From Chloroflexota bacterium (GTDB lineage Bacteria; Chloroflexota; Chloroflexia; Thermomicrobiales; UBA6265), in contig JAFAEA010000236.1 of the NCBI GenBank assembly GCA_023424355.1, forward strand, positions 1 to 38,781: a stretch of DNA of 38,781 nt, in the 5' to 3' direction. The notes beneath the pieces are model-generated. The model made no database searches. It worked only from the letters and a program-made list of their open reading frames with translations, and was not told the DNA's origin. Made by a program: the position numbers and the translations under genes. Every line of letters begins with the position of its first letter. Position 1 is the first letter of the stretch. This document shows, in pieces, positions 22,969 to 31,772 of this stretch.

Positions 22969-23388
22969 GTGGCCCGTCGGGGCGCTACGCAAACTGAACA
23001 AGCTGCTCGTGAAGAGCGGTTGCGCAGTGTTGCCCGTGAACTCTTGGCAGAACCTCATCTTAAGCAGGTTGACCTTGCAGAGCGCCACGGTGTCACGCAG
23101 CAGCAAATCAGCCTCGATATCAAACTCATCAACAAGAGATACCAGGACGCAGCGCGCAAAGATACGACCGAGCGCATCGGCAAGCAGCTGCAGATGTACG
23201 ATGCCATTCGCGAGGCGCACATGCCGTTTGCGCTCCAGGGCAAGACGCGTAATGCCGAGATTGTGATGCAAGCGAACGCTGGTGAAGCAAAGCTGCTTGG
23301 CATGGATCGGCCTGTGAAGCAAGAAATCGCACTGGATGGCGGTGTGCGTGTGGAAATCATCGGCATGGCCGAAGAGGATCTGCCGTAG
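22969..23388 (+). CDS. terS: terminase small subunit (HTH-containing)
   Basis: 139 aa with a GTG start. HTH-like LKQVDLAERHGVTQQQISLDI. It lies immediately upstream of the large terminase gene. Confidence 0.7.
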   Translation: MARRGATQTEQAAREERLRSVARELLAEPHLKQVDLAERHGVTQQQISLDIKLINKRYQDAARKDTTERIGKQLQMYDAIREAHMPFALQGKTRNAEIVMQANAGEAKLLGMDRPVKQEIALDGGVRVEIIGMAEEDLP

Positions 23389-25629
23389 ATGCTTGCAACC
23401 GCTTCGCCACATCCACGAGCCACGATCCGCTATCAGCCGGTGGGATCTGCAAAGGATCTCATTGCTGCTCGCGATCTCGAGGTGCTGGCGGTCGGCCCGG
23501 CCGGCACAGGCAAGACGCTCGCTGCCTGCTGGAAGATTCACCTGGCGTGCCTGCGATATCCCGGCATTCGCGTGCTGATGGTGCGTAAGACGCTGGAATC
23601 GCTCAAGAGCGGTGCGCTCAACACGTTCATCAACGGTGTGCAACCGATCCGGTTCGGCGTCGAGACGTTTGGCGGCAACAAGTTCTTTCCCGCGGAGTTC
23701 CGATATCCCAACGGCAGCGTGATTCTCGTATCCGGCATGGATAAGGCGGAGAAGATCTTGTCCGCCGAGTTCGACATCATCTACGTCAACGAGATCACCG
23801 AGCCAGGCTTCATGGAATCTGATCTTGAGGTACTGCTCACCCGATTGCGCAACGGCAAGATGCCATATCAGCAGATCATCGCAGACGGCAACCCGAGTGG
23901 ACCGCGCCATTGGATGAACCGACGCTGCAACGAAGGTAAGACCCGGCGCATCACATCGACCCATAAAGACAATCCTGTGTACTGGGATGCCAAGAAGAAT
24001 GATTGGACCGACGTTGGCAGGCAGTACGTGCAAACGGTGCTTGCTGGCCTGACCGGTGTGCAGCGCAAACGCTTGTTCGAGGGCGTGTGGGCAGCCTCCG
24101 AAGGTCTGGTGTACTCCGAGTTCAATCCCGATGTGCACATCAAGTCGATACCACCCGAAGAGCTTGCCACCTGGAAGCGCGTCGTGCTCGGTGAAGACGT
24201 GGGTAGCACGAACCCGACCGTGATTCTGGTTGGGCACCAGCGCGGCGATGGCTACCTGCACATCAGTCACGAGATGTATCGCCGCGGCATGAGCAGCTCG
24301 GATATCACCGACGCCACCGTAGAGTTCTGGAAGCAGCACAAGCCTGACAAGCTCGTCATTGACCCGAGCGCCAAGGGGTACATCACCGATCTTCGACGCC
24401 AGGGCATTTACGTGGAAGCGGCACAGAATGACATTCTCGTTGGTGTCCAACGTGTGCATGGTCAGTTACAGGCTGGCTTCAGTATCGACCCGGCGTGCAC
24501 GAACACGATCGATGAGTTTGGCATGTATGCGTACCCCGACAACCCCAAGGTAGATACCGACAAGCCGATCAAGGAGAACGATCACTGCCTGATTGCCGGG
24601 ACTATGGTGACCACCATCAGCGGGGACAAGGCTATTGAGGCAGTTCAGAATGGCGAACTTGTGCTGACACGTGACGGATATCGGGAGGTTGTGTCCGCTG
24701 GTATGACGAATCCATCCGCCGAAGTGATGACCGTGCACTTGTCAAACGGGAAGTCGATAACTGGTACTGCGGGGCACCCTGTGTTTGCCAATGGGCAATG
24801 GGTCCTAATGGATGAACTGCGATACGGTGATATACTTATGGAGACAAGAGAGGTGTCTTCATGCGAGTTGAAATCATCGTCTATCGCGGTATCAAGTTCC
24901 GACGGTATCCAGATTCAGATCGGCTGTCAGACCAGCGATACTACCGGCCGCATGCCGGGCTCATTCGTAACGGCGTTCAAGCATTGCATCGAGAAATTTG
25001 GAAAGACCACAACGGACCAATCCCGGAAGGGCATCATATCCACCACATTGACGGGAACCCCGACAACAATGCTGTTGAGAATCTTGCATGCGTTCCGGCA
25101 GGTGACCATCTCAGCCATCACGGCAGCCAGCCATCGTCTGAACGAAAGCTGGCGCACTTGGAATCCATCCGCGACGCTGCTGCTGAATGGCATGGATCTG
25201 AGGCCGGTATTGAGTGGCACCGTGAACACGGTAGGCGTTCATGGGCAAAACGGCAGCCAGAGACAAGAACGTGCGAACAGTGCGGATGCGAGTTCGACGA
25301 TATTGCGCGGCGCTCTCGGTTCTGTTCAAACAAATGCAAGTCGGCATGGCGTAGAGCCAGCGGTGTCGATGATGAAGACCGAACCTGTGAGAACTGTGGG
25401 GCATCTTTCCGAACCGACAAATACAGCAAGACACGCACATGCACTCGTGCATGTGCTGGGCGTCTCCAAAGTCGCACAAAGGCAAGCAGTCTATAACCTG
25501 ACAGTAGCCGGTACGCCTGAATTTTTTGCGAACGGGGTGCTCGTCCACAACTGTATGGACGCGCTCCGGTACCTGGTGATGGGCATTACGGAACCGACGA
25601 TCGATCTCAAGAACTTCTTTGGCGTTTAG
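23389..25629 (+). CDS. terL: terminase large subunit, interrupted by an intein
   Basis: Walker A VGPAGTGKT, Walker B FDIIYVNEI. The nuclease-domain motif KENDH / CMDALRYL is split by a 322-aa Hint element. The exteins are 23389-24585 and 25552-25629. Confidence 0.9.
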   Translation: MLATASPHPRATIRYQPVGSAKDLIAARDLEVLAVGPAGTGKTLAACWKIHLACLRYPGIRVLMVRKTLESLKSGALNTFINGVQPIRFGVETFGGNKFFPAEFRYPNGSVILVSGMDKAEKILSAEFDIIYVNEITEPGFMESDLEVLLTRLRNGKMPYQQIIADGNPSGPRHWMNRRCNEGKTRRITSTHKDNPVYWDAKKNDWTDVGRQYVQTVLAGLTGVQRKRLFEGVWAASEGLVYSEFNPDVHIKSIPPEELATWKRVVLGEDVGSTNPTVILVGHQRGDGYLHISHEMYRRGMSSSDITDATVEFWKQHKPDKLVIDPSAKGYITDLRRQGIYVEAAQNDILVGVQRVHGQLQAGFSIDPACTNTIDEFGMYAYPDNPKVDTDKPIKENDHCLIAGTMVTTISGDKAIEAVQNGELVLTRDGYREVVSAGMTNPSAEVMTVHLSNGKSITGTAGHPVFANGQWVLMDELRYGDILMETREVSSCELKSSSIAVSSSDGIQIQIGCQTSDTTGRMPGSFVTAFKHCIEKFGKTTTDQSRKGIISTTLTGTPTTMLLRILHAFRQVTISAITAASHRLNESWRTWNPSATLLLNGMDLRPVLSGTVNTVGVHGQNGSQRQERANSADASSTILRGALGSVQTNASRHGVEPAVSMMKTEPVRTVGHLSEPTNTARHAHALVHVLGVSKVAQRQAVYNLTVAGTPEFFANGVLVHNCMDALRYLVMGITEPTIDLKNFFGV
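24586..25551 (+). mobile_element. intein within TerL (Hint domain split by about 213 aa)
   Basis: Block A CLIAGTMV directly after ENDH. Block B ITGTAGHPVF. Blocks F/G VYNLTVAGTPEFFANGVLVHN followed by +1 Cys (CMDALRY). Confidence 0.8.
24861..25496 (+). CDS. HNH homing endonuclease encoded out of frame inside the intein
   Basis: 211 aa in a different + strand frame from terL. GAGAGG lies 8 nt upstream of the ATG, and an in-frame TGA at 24828-24830 blocks any upstream extension. HNH motif HREIW...GHHIHHIDGNPDNNAVENL. Two C-terminal CxxC...CxxxC zinc modules. The TAA lies inside the Y-N codons of intein block F. Confidence 0.8.
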   Translation: MRVEIIVYRGIKFRRYPDSDRLSDQRYYRPHAGLIRNGVQALHREIWKDHNGPIPEGHHIHHIDGNPDNNAVENLACVPAGDHLSHHGSQPSSERKLAHLESIRDAAAEWHGSEAGIEWHREHGRRSWAKRQPETRTCEQCGCEFDDIARRSRFCSNKCKSAWRRASGVDDEDRTCENCGASFRTDKYSKTRTCTRACAGRLQSRTKASSL

Positions 25630-25644
25630 GCGGGAGCGGGACAC

Positions 25645-27798
25645 ATGAGCAACTGGCTACAGGATATTGGCAGGTTTATTCGCGGTGAAACAGGCTACGA
25701 CGATCGCGCGATGCCGCACCAGCTCGACATTCGAGAGGCGGCTGGCGATCAGATCATCAAGTGGAACACAGGCCGGCCGCAATGGCTGGAAAAGAACGTC
25801 CACCATCTCGACAAGCATGCCTATCGACGTGTGAGCCTCATCTTTGCGTGCATCCAGTACCTGTCGAACTCATCGGCTGTTGCGCCATTGAAGCTCATGC
25901 GCACGCTCAGCAACGATCAGGAAGAAGAAGCGCCAGACCACGACCTTACGCGATTGCTCCAGCGACCGAATGAAGGCCAGGGAGGTGGACGCTTCATTTC
26001 GTTCTGGACGCTCATGGCCGTGCTGACTGGCTTTGGCATTGTCGAGAAAGAGCGCGATCAGTATGGCCGTGTGATCGGCCTGTGGGTACTGCGCTCTGAC
26101 TGGCTGCGGCCGATCCCGCGATCTGCTGGCATCACCGATTGGGAGTACGCCGTGCCAGGGCATGATCGCCCGTTCATCATCGAGGCCGAAGACACCATCC
26201 CGCTTTCGTATGCCGACGTGATGACCGGCGACCCGACCGGTATTGGTCCAGTGGAGGTGATCTTCCAGGAAGCGCAGATCCTCAACGAGCTTGACGATTA
26301 CATCAAGGAGTTCCTCGACAACAAGGCGATGCCGCAGTACTTCGCTATTCCGGATACCGATGGCCCGTTGGCAGCGCAGTGGGGCGATCCTGATACCGTT
26401 GACGCGTTCCGAGAGAAGTTCAACCAAACCTATGGCGGCCTGCGACGCACGAGCAGCGTCATGGTCTCGCCAGCGATCAAAGATCTGAAGCAAATGGGCT
26501 TCAACATGAACGAGCTGGCGTATCGCGACCTGCGCGCCGTGAACGAGGCCAGCATCACCACCGCCTTCGGTATTCCGCCGATCCTGCTGAACACGCTATC
26601 GGGCCTCGAGCACGCCACGTACTCGAACTACGGGCAGGCGCGGCGAGCGTTCTACGAAGACAAGATGGTGCCGTGGTGGAGCAGGATCGATGATGCGCTC
26701 ACACGCCACTTGCTGCCAGAGTTCGAAACCGACAGTGCATACAATCTCGTATTCGATCTCTCCGAGGTGCCGGCGCTTCGAGACGATGAGAGCGCGACAC
26801 ACGATCGAGCAGTAAGCGCCTTCACATCGGCGCTGGTGAGCCGCCACGCCGCCCAGCGCATGGCAGGCATCAAGCCACACGGGCCCGATGTGTTCATGGT
26901 GCCGTTTAGCTCGATACAACAGCCAGTGAACTCACTGCCAAAGGCAAGCGCCACGATCTCCCAGCTCGATGACGACGCTCGAGCACTTCCGGCGCCGAGA
27001 TTCATTCGCCGCGATGGCCGCCTTTACATCAACGAGGCCACAGAAACGCCGCAGGAGCGTGCATCGGCACAACAGTTCATCCAGCATCAACGAGAGCTTA
27101 TGGGACGCCTGGGCGGCTTGCTCGAGCCACGCGCTGAAGCGTTCCTGCGTGCCCAGGGTGCGCGAATGATCGAAGAAGCGACGAACGAGCGCTCGGCAGA
27201 GACGTTCGAGGTTAGAGCGATCGATCAATACGACTGGTTCGCCGATGACGATGAGTTGATGAGCATCATGCGGCAATGGTGGGCACAGGTTACCGAATCG
27301 GCGTTCGGATCGGTATCGCAATCCCTTGGCGTTGATTTCGCGTTTGGCGGCAGTAATCCGTTCCTTGGCGAGATCGAAGGGATGCTTGGACACCGTATCC
27401 GCGGCATCAACGAAACCACCCGCGACATGGTGGAGACAATCGTACGCGAGCAGCTGCAGCAAGGCACCAGCATTCCGGACCTGAAGGAAGCGCTCGAGGA
27501 GTGGATCGAGCCGACCTACAAGAACCGCGCTCAGGCGATAGCACGCACCGAGAGCCAAGTCGCGTTGAACACCGCCACCGAGAAGGCGTACGCAGCCACA
27601 GGGCAGGTGAGCCATGTGCGCATGTTCGATAACCCGCTGTGTGACGGTAAGGCCGGAAGCGATGGCCTCACGTGCCCGCAACGCAACGGATTGGTGGTGC
27701 CCCTGGCTCAAATCCAGGAACACATCAATGGTGAGCATCCTAATGGGACTCTCGCATATGCCGCTGTGCTCGATCCGATCGAGGGGGTGGACTGGTGA
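25645..27798 (+). CDS. portal protein fused to a MuF/SPP1-gp7-like head-morphogenesis domain
   Basis: 717 aa immediately after terL. The C-terminal roughly 250 aa contain NRAQAIARTESQVALNTATEKAY, the ARTE-type motif of Mu F-like proteins. The N-terminal roughly 430 aa have portal size and position. Confidence 0.75.
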   Translation: MSNWLQDIGRFIRGETGYDDRAMPHQLDIREAAGDQIIKWNTGRPQWLEKNVHHLDKHAYRRVSLIFACIQYLSNSSAVAPLKLMRTLSNDQEEEAPDHDLTRLLQRPNEGQGGGRFISFWTLMAVLTGFGIVEKERDQYGRVIGLWVLRSDWLRPIPRSAGITDWEYAVPGHDRPFIIEAEDTIPLSYADVMTGDPTGIGPVEVIFQEAQILNELDDYIKEFLDNKAMPQYFAIPDTDGPLAAQWGDPDTVDAFREKFNQTYGGLRRTSSVMVSPAIKDLKQMGFNMNELAYRDLRAVNEASITTAFGIPPILLNTLSGLEHATYSNYGQARRAFYEDKMVPWWSRIDDALTRHLLPEFETDSAYNLVFDLSEVPALRDDESATHDRAVSAFTSALVSRHAAQRMAGIKPHGPDVFMVPFSSIQQPVNSLPKASATISQLDDDARALPAPRFIRRDGRLYINEATETPQERASAQQFIQHQRELMGRLGGLLEPRAEAFLRAQGARMIEEATNERSAETFEVRAIDQYDWFADDDELMSIMRQWWAQVTESAFGSVSQSLGVDFAFGGSNPFLGEIEGMLGHRIRGINETTRDMVETIVREQLQQGTSIPDLKEALEEWIEPTYKNRAQAIARTESQVALNTATEKAYAATGQVSHVRMFDNPLCDGKAGSDGLTCPQRNGLVVPLAQIQEHINGEHPNGTLAYAAVLDPIEGVDW

Positions 27799-28004
27799 TG
27801 CAGCCAGCGATTGCCAAAGCGAAGATCACCAACGAGCACGGCGTGAAGACCTGGCGCTGCCCGAACTGTGAAATGAAGATGGCGGAGTTTCATGGAACGC
27901 GCATTGTCATAAAGGCCGGTCAGGGTATCATTTCGATACGGACTCCCGAAATCGAGCAAACGTGCCCACGATGTGGGGAGTGTAGCGAAGTGAGAGCAGC
28001 GTAA
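27798..28004 (+). CDS. zinc-ribbon protein (Mu Com-like cysteine pattern)
   Basis: 68 aa. WRCPNCEMKMAEFHG ... CPRCGE. TGATG overlap with portal (the ORF track starts 3 nt earlier, at GTG 27795). Confidence 0.45.
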   Translation: MQPAIAKAKITNEHGVKTWRCPNCEMKMAEFHGTRIVIKAGQGIISIRTPEIEQTCPRCGECSEVRAA

Positions 28005-28252
28005 TGTGGCTGACCGGTAACGAAAAGCTTGATGAAGATCTAAAGTGCATCGTGCAGAGCCTTCCAGGTCTGAAACTCACGGTCGGACCGGTGCTCACAG
28101 CGATTGGGGACCAGTCGTATCGATCGGATGGTGTCGTTGTATGGACTCAATATGGAGACTCAAACGAGAACACCAGAATGTTTCACGGAGAAAAATTGAT
28201 GACGGAACTCTCGGCATTTGTGAGGGAGCTTCGAAAGTCTGAGGGCGTCTGA
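28004..28252 (+). CDS. hypothetical protein
   Basis: 82 aa with a TAATG overlap with the upstream gene. Confidence 0.5.
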   Translation: MWLTGNEKLDEDLKCIVQSLPGLKLTVGPVLTAIGDQSYRSDGVVVWTQYGDSNENTRMFHGEKLMTELSAFVRELRKSEGV

Positions 28253-28315
28253 TATACTGGCCATAAGTAAAGACGGCGATACACCACCCGCCGCAACGTA
28301 GAGCACAGATTAGTG

Positions 28316-28360
28316 CCGTGGTGACCGGTTCCGAGCAGGAGCCAGTCATCACGGTTTTTT
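28316..28360 (+). terminator. strong intrinsic terminator-like hairpin inside the late gene cluster
   Basis: CCGTGGTGAC (28316-28325) pairs with GTCATCACGG (28345-28354). The inner extension GGTTCC / GGAGCC adds to the stem. TTTTTT follows at 28355-28360, then GTGTTTT. Confidence 0.55.
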
Positions 28361-28380
28361 GTGTTTTCGGCGAGGTGGCA

Positions 28381-29166
28381 ATGCAGTCCGTACCGACGAT
28401 TCGAAGAGGCAATCGAGAGATAGAGAAGCGATCGACACTCGACGTTCGCCTGAACGGGCATGTCGATGGATTCTCAGGCTACGCGTCAACTTTCTGGGTT
28501 GCCGATTCCTACGGTACCGCCATGGCTCCCGGCAGCTTCAAGAAGAGTATCCGCGAGCGTGGCGAGAAGATCCCCGTTCTGTGGAACCACAACTCCGACC
28601 ATGCCGTTGGCAAGCATCTCAGCATCAAAGAAGACAAGAAGGGGCTCAGCGTCGATATCGGCATTGCCGATGACGGCGATGCCGGTAGCGTTCTGCTGAA
28701 GCGTTTGCGCTTTGGTGTGCCGCTGGGCATGAGCTTCGGCTTCCAGCGCATCAAGAGCCGATCCGGCACAGACGATGATCCCATCGACCTCAGCCAGCTC
28801 CCTGCTGGCGTGAAGAAGAGCGAGATCGAGGTGTATCTGGAGAACGCGTACTGGGAATCCAGCGCGGTAACGTTCGCCGCAAACCAATCCGCAACCATCG
28901 ACACAATCCGCAGCGATCAGGATATCGAAAGCCTGGCTGCACTTTCCCAAACATTGGAAGACCTGCGTTCTGGCGACCTCGATCTCGAGGATGGCCGCTG
29001 GGCGCTGCTTCAAGAGATGGTCGCCGCATTCCAGGAGCGAAGCGAGCCGGAGCCGGATCCCGACGAGGATTCCACTCCACTCATTGCCGTGAATGCACGA
29101 CGCAGAACGATTGACATTGAACTTGCGCTGGCGAACGCCAGGGCCATTACAGGAGCCTACAAATGA
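28381..29166 (+). CDS. HK97-family prohead protease
   Basis: ATG 28381 follows GAGGTGG (the ORF-track GTG 28318 lies inside the hairpin). GYASTFWVADSYGTAMAPGSFKKSI...IPVLWNHN...VG resembles the prohead protease family core. It lies directly upstream of the capsid gene. Confidence 0.85.
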   Translation: MQSVPTIRRGNREIEKRSTLDVRLNGHVDGFSGYASTFWVADSYGTAMAPGSFKKSIRERGEKIPVLWNHNSDHAVGKHLSIKEDKKGLSVDIGIADDGDAGSVLLKRLRFGVPLGMSFGFQRIKSRSGTDDDPIDLSQLPAGVKKSEIEVYLENAYWESSAVTFAANQSATIDTIRSDQDIESLAALSQTLEDLRSGDLDLEDGRWALLQEMVAAFQERSEPEPDPDEDSTPLIAVNARRRTIDIELALANARAITGAYK

Positions 29167-30422
29167 ACACCAAGGATCTGATGGGCCGCATGGATGCGGT
29201 GATTACCGAACTGGAAGACCTTCGAGCCAAGGATTCACTCAACGACGATCAGGAAGCGCGCGTTGATGCGCTCATGGTCGAGCTCAACGATCTCGGTCCG
29301 AAGATTCAGCGCAGCCAGGCGGCCGACGCTGCTATCGAGGCCCACAAGGCACAGAGCCAGAGCCGTGGCGCAGCTGCCAACGTGCAGCCGAAGGGCGAGG
29401 CTGGCAAGGTCTCTCCTGCCGAAGCTCGCAAGAGCATCGGCGATCAGGTTGTCGAATCTGCCGAGTACAAGCAGTTCATCGCGAGCGGTGGCGCTCGTGG
29501 CCAGTTCTCGGTGGACGTTGAGTCTCGAGCGCTGGTTCACACCGGTCTGCTTCCGGCTGACTACGTTGAGCCGATGCGCATCCCAGGCATCATGCGGCCA
29601 GCCGATCCGTTCGGCAGCCTTCGTGATGTGATCACCGTTGGCCAGACCGACAGTGACGCGCTCATCTACTTCCGCGAAACCGCGTTCACCAACAATGCTG
29701 CGGCAGTTGGTGAATCCACCGCCATGGATGAGACCAGCGGCCTCAAGCCAGAATCTGGCCTGACGTTCGCCCAGGTGGTTGACGGTGTTGCGACGATCGC
29801 TCACTGGATCCCGATCACCAAGCAGACGCTGTGGAACGCTCCAGAGCTTCGCAGCTACATCGAAGGTCGCCTGATTGATGGCCTCAACATGGAAGAGAAC
29901 GATCAGCTGCTGAACGGCAATGGCACTGGTGACAACCTCACCGGCCTGCTGAACGTCTCTGGCGTGCAGGCGCTGGACGCTGCGTACTTCACCGCCAACG
30001 CTGTGAACGATACCGGCACCGATAACGAGAATTTCAACCGCGTGCTTCGCGGTCGAACCCTGGTGAGCACCATCGGTCGCGCTCAGGCGAACTTCGTGGT
30101 GCTGAACCCGGTTGACCATGAAACCTTCATGGCGAGCACCGATGCCCAGCAGCAGTACTTCGGCGCTGGCCCGTTTGCGGCTGGCAACGTGCCGACGCTC
30201 TGGGGCATGCGCGCTGTGGTGAACGAGAACATCACCGCTGGCAGTGTGCTGGTGGGAGATGGCCGCCAGGCAATGATTCTCGACCGCATGCAGGCCACCA
30301 TCACCGCTGGCTGGGCCGATAAGGACTTCATCCAGAACCGACTTCGCTTGCTCGCTGAGAAGCGCGTGGGCCTCGCAGTCTTCCGACCGCAGGCATTCGC
30401 AGTTGTTGAGCTGGCTGCCTAG
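29163..30422 (+). CDS. major capsid protein (HK97-like)
   Basis: 419 aa with an ATGA overlap with the protease gene. N-terminal coiled-coil delta-like region then a roughly 300-aa core. Size and position match HK97-type capsid genes. Confidence 0.85.
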   Translation: MNTKDLMGRMDAVITELEDLRAKDSLNDDQEARVDALMVELNDLGPKIQRSQAADAAIEAHKAQSQSRGAAANVQPKGEAGKVSPAEARKSIGDQVVESAEYKQFIASGGARGQFSVDVESRALVHTGLLPADYVEPMRIPGIMRPADPFGSLRDVITVGQTDSDALIYFRETAFTNNAAAVGESTAMDETSGLKPESGLTFAQVVDGVATIAHWIPITKQTLWNAPELRSYIEGRLIDGLNMEENDQLLNGNGTGDNLTGLLNVSGVQALDAAYFTANAVNDTGTDNENFNRVLRGRTLVSTIGRAQANFVVLNPVDHETFMASTDAQQQYFGAGPFAAGNVPTLWGMRAVVNENITAGSVLVGDGRQAMILDRMQATITAGWADKDFIQNRLRLLAEKRVGLAVFRPQAFAVVELAA

Positions 30423-30424
30423 GA

Positions 30425-30709
30425 ATGAAATGGCTTGGCGATAAAGCCGAGAGCCTGAACGGTGAGGATGCGTACGACGGTGTGCGCATCCTCACCCCAG
30501 AGGAGCAAGAGCGCATGACCAAGGCCGACCGAAACACCACCTACACCCTCAACGGGCACCGATTCCGCATCAAGGCTGGAGACGTGATTCCGGAGGGGGC
30601 AGTGCTGGATGAAGAACGTTCCGCAGAGAAGGCGCCCGAGAACCGAGCCGAAAAAGCAGCGCCGGAGAATCGTTCGGCAGCAAAGAGTAAAGCCAAGAAG
30701 GACGACTAA
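30425..30709 (+). CDS. hypothetical protein (head-associated position)
   Basis: 94 aa. The C-terminal tail is charged with an imperfect EKAPENR/EKAAPENR repeat. Confidence 0.5.
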   Translation: MKWLGDKAESLNGEDAYDGVRILTPEEQERMTKADRNTTYTLNGHRFRIKAGDVIPEGAVLDEERSAEKAPENRAEKAAPENRSAAKSKAKKDD

Positions 30710-31308
30710 TGGCATTCCGCTACGCCAACCAGTCCGATGTGATGCACGAACTCGAGATCGATACCAGCGATCCCGAGAATGATGCCGTCATCGCTCAGAT
30801 CGAGCGCATCGAGGCTGGGTTGGCGAGCGCGTTTGACCACCGAGTAGGTAGGGAATGGGGCGCAGTGCCTGTGCCTTCCACACGCACGATCGCCAATGGG
30901 TGCACAAGAGGCGTCATGGTGTTTGCAAAGCCAGCGCGATCGATTGTGAGTGTTTCGCATGGCGGGAGCTTCGACGGCAGCGGCTGGGCTGATGAAACCG
31001 TCGAGACGACCTGGCATGAACGATTCAACGCTGATGGCCTGATCTATGGCCTCGAGCGTGAGAGCGGTCTGTGGCCAAGCCGTGTGCGTGTGGAGGCAAT
31101 CTGGGCAAGCGATACCGATCTCGCGGTGCCGGAAGACGTGAGTTACGCGTTGACGTGGCTCACGATTCGCCAGTACCGCAAGATGACCGCTTCACCGATG
31201 GAGATGGTAGGCCCGGACGGCATGACTGTGCCGACACCGGACGCCTGGAGCGATCCCACGGTGAAGGCGCTGATCGACAAGTACCGCGTGGTGGAGGTGA
31301 TCGTCTGA
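30709..31308 (+). CDS. head-tail connector / adaptor protein
   Basis: 199 aa with a TAATG overlap. The assignment rests on its position after the capsid gene. Confidence 0.55.
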   Translation: MAFRYANQSDVMHELEIDTSDPENDAVIAQIERIEAGLASAFDHRVGREWGAVPVPSTRTIANGCTRGVMVFAKPARSIVSVSHGGSFDGSGWADETVETTWHERFNADGLIYGLERESGLWPSRVRVEAIWASDTDLAVPEDVSYALTWLTIRQYRKMTASPMEMVGPDGMTVPTPDAWSDPTVKALIDKYRVVEVIV

Positions 31309-31772
31309 TGGAGATCAACTTCGAGTTTCCGGACGCATTCGACTTTGCTCGGCGCTTTGGTATTGCGCCGCAGGTCGTGCAAGAGGAAATGACCACCGCT
31401 GGCAACCGTTCGTCTCTCCAGGGCGAATCGTTCACCAAAGAGGCCACGCCAGTTGTGAGTGGTCATGCTCGACGCTCGATCACTACGATACCGGCAACGT
31501 TCGCTGGAGGTCAGATGCGTGCCGGCTGGGGGAGCTACGGCACGAACTACATCGAATGGCTGGAGAAGGGGCGTGGGGCCATCGTGGCTGGTCCTGGCAA
31601 GGTTCTGCGATTCAAGCCGAAGGGCAGCAGCACCTACATCTACCGCAAGCGTGTGGGCCCGGCAAAAGGTCGATTCATGTTCGAGAAGGCATTGCGACGC
31701 CTGGAGCCAATCTTCTATCGCGAAATGGATGGTGCGCTTGTTCGCATCATCAACCGCATGGGGGGTGCGTAA
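31308..31772 (+). CDS. head-tail joining protein (HK97 gp10-like)
   Basis: ATG 31308 in a TGATG overlap (frame open from 31071). Length 154 aa. Synteny-based call. Confidence 0.55.
   Translation: MEINFEFPDAFDFARRFGIAPQVVQEEMTTAGNRSSLQGESFTKEATPVVSGHARRSITTIPATFAGGQMRAGWGSYGTNYIEWLEKGRGAIVAGPGKVLRFKPKGSSTYIYRKRVGPAKGRFMFEKALRRLEPIFYREMDGALVRIINRMGGA

Noticed and set aside
22954-24459. 501-aa minus-strand ORF, among the longest in the track
   Set aside because: It is entirely antisense to terS/terL, which have clear Walker motifs. Its product is His/Arg/Leu-rich with no motif. It is the typical shadow ORF of a GC-rich coding strand.
26932-27738. 268-aa minus-strand ORF
   Set aside because: It is antisense to the portal-MuF gene. 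Shadow ORF.
28318-28380. GTG start at 28318 for the protease ORF
   Set aside because: The first 21 codons would lie inside the terminator-like hairpin and T-tract. ATG 28381 has a proper GAGGTGG SD.
29235-30119. 294-aa minus-strand ORF
   Set aside because: It is antisense to the major capsid gene. Shadow ORF.
30640-30700. Imperfect EKAPENR/EKAAPENR repeat at the end of the 94-aa ORF
   Set aside because: It is a short, degenerate low-complexity tail, which is common in phage head-associated proteins. It is not a distinct DNA-level feature.
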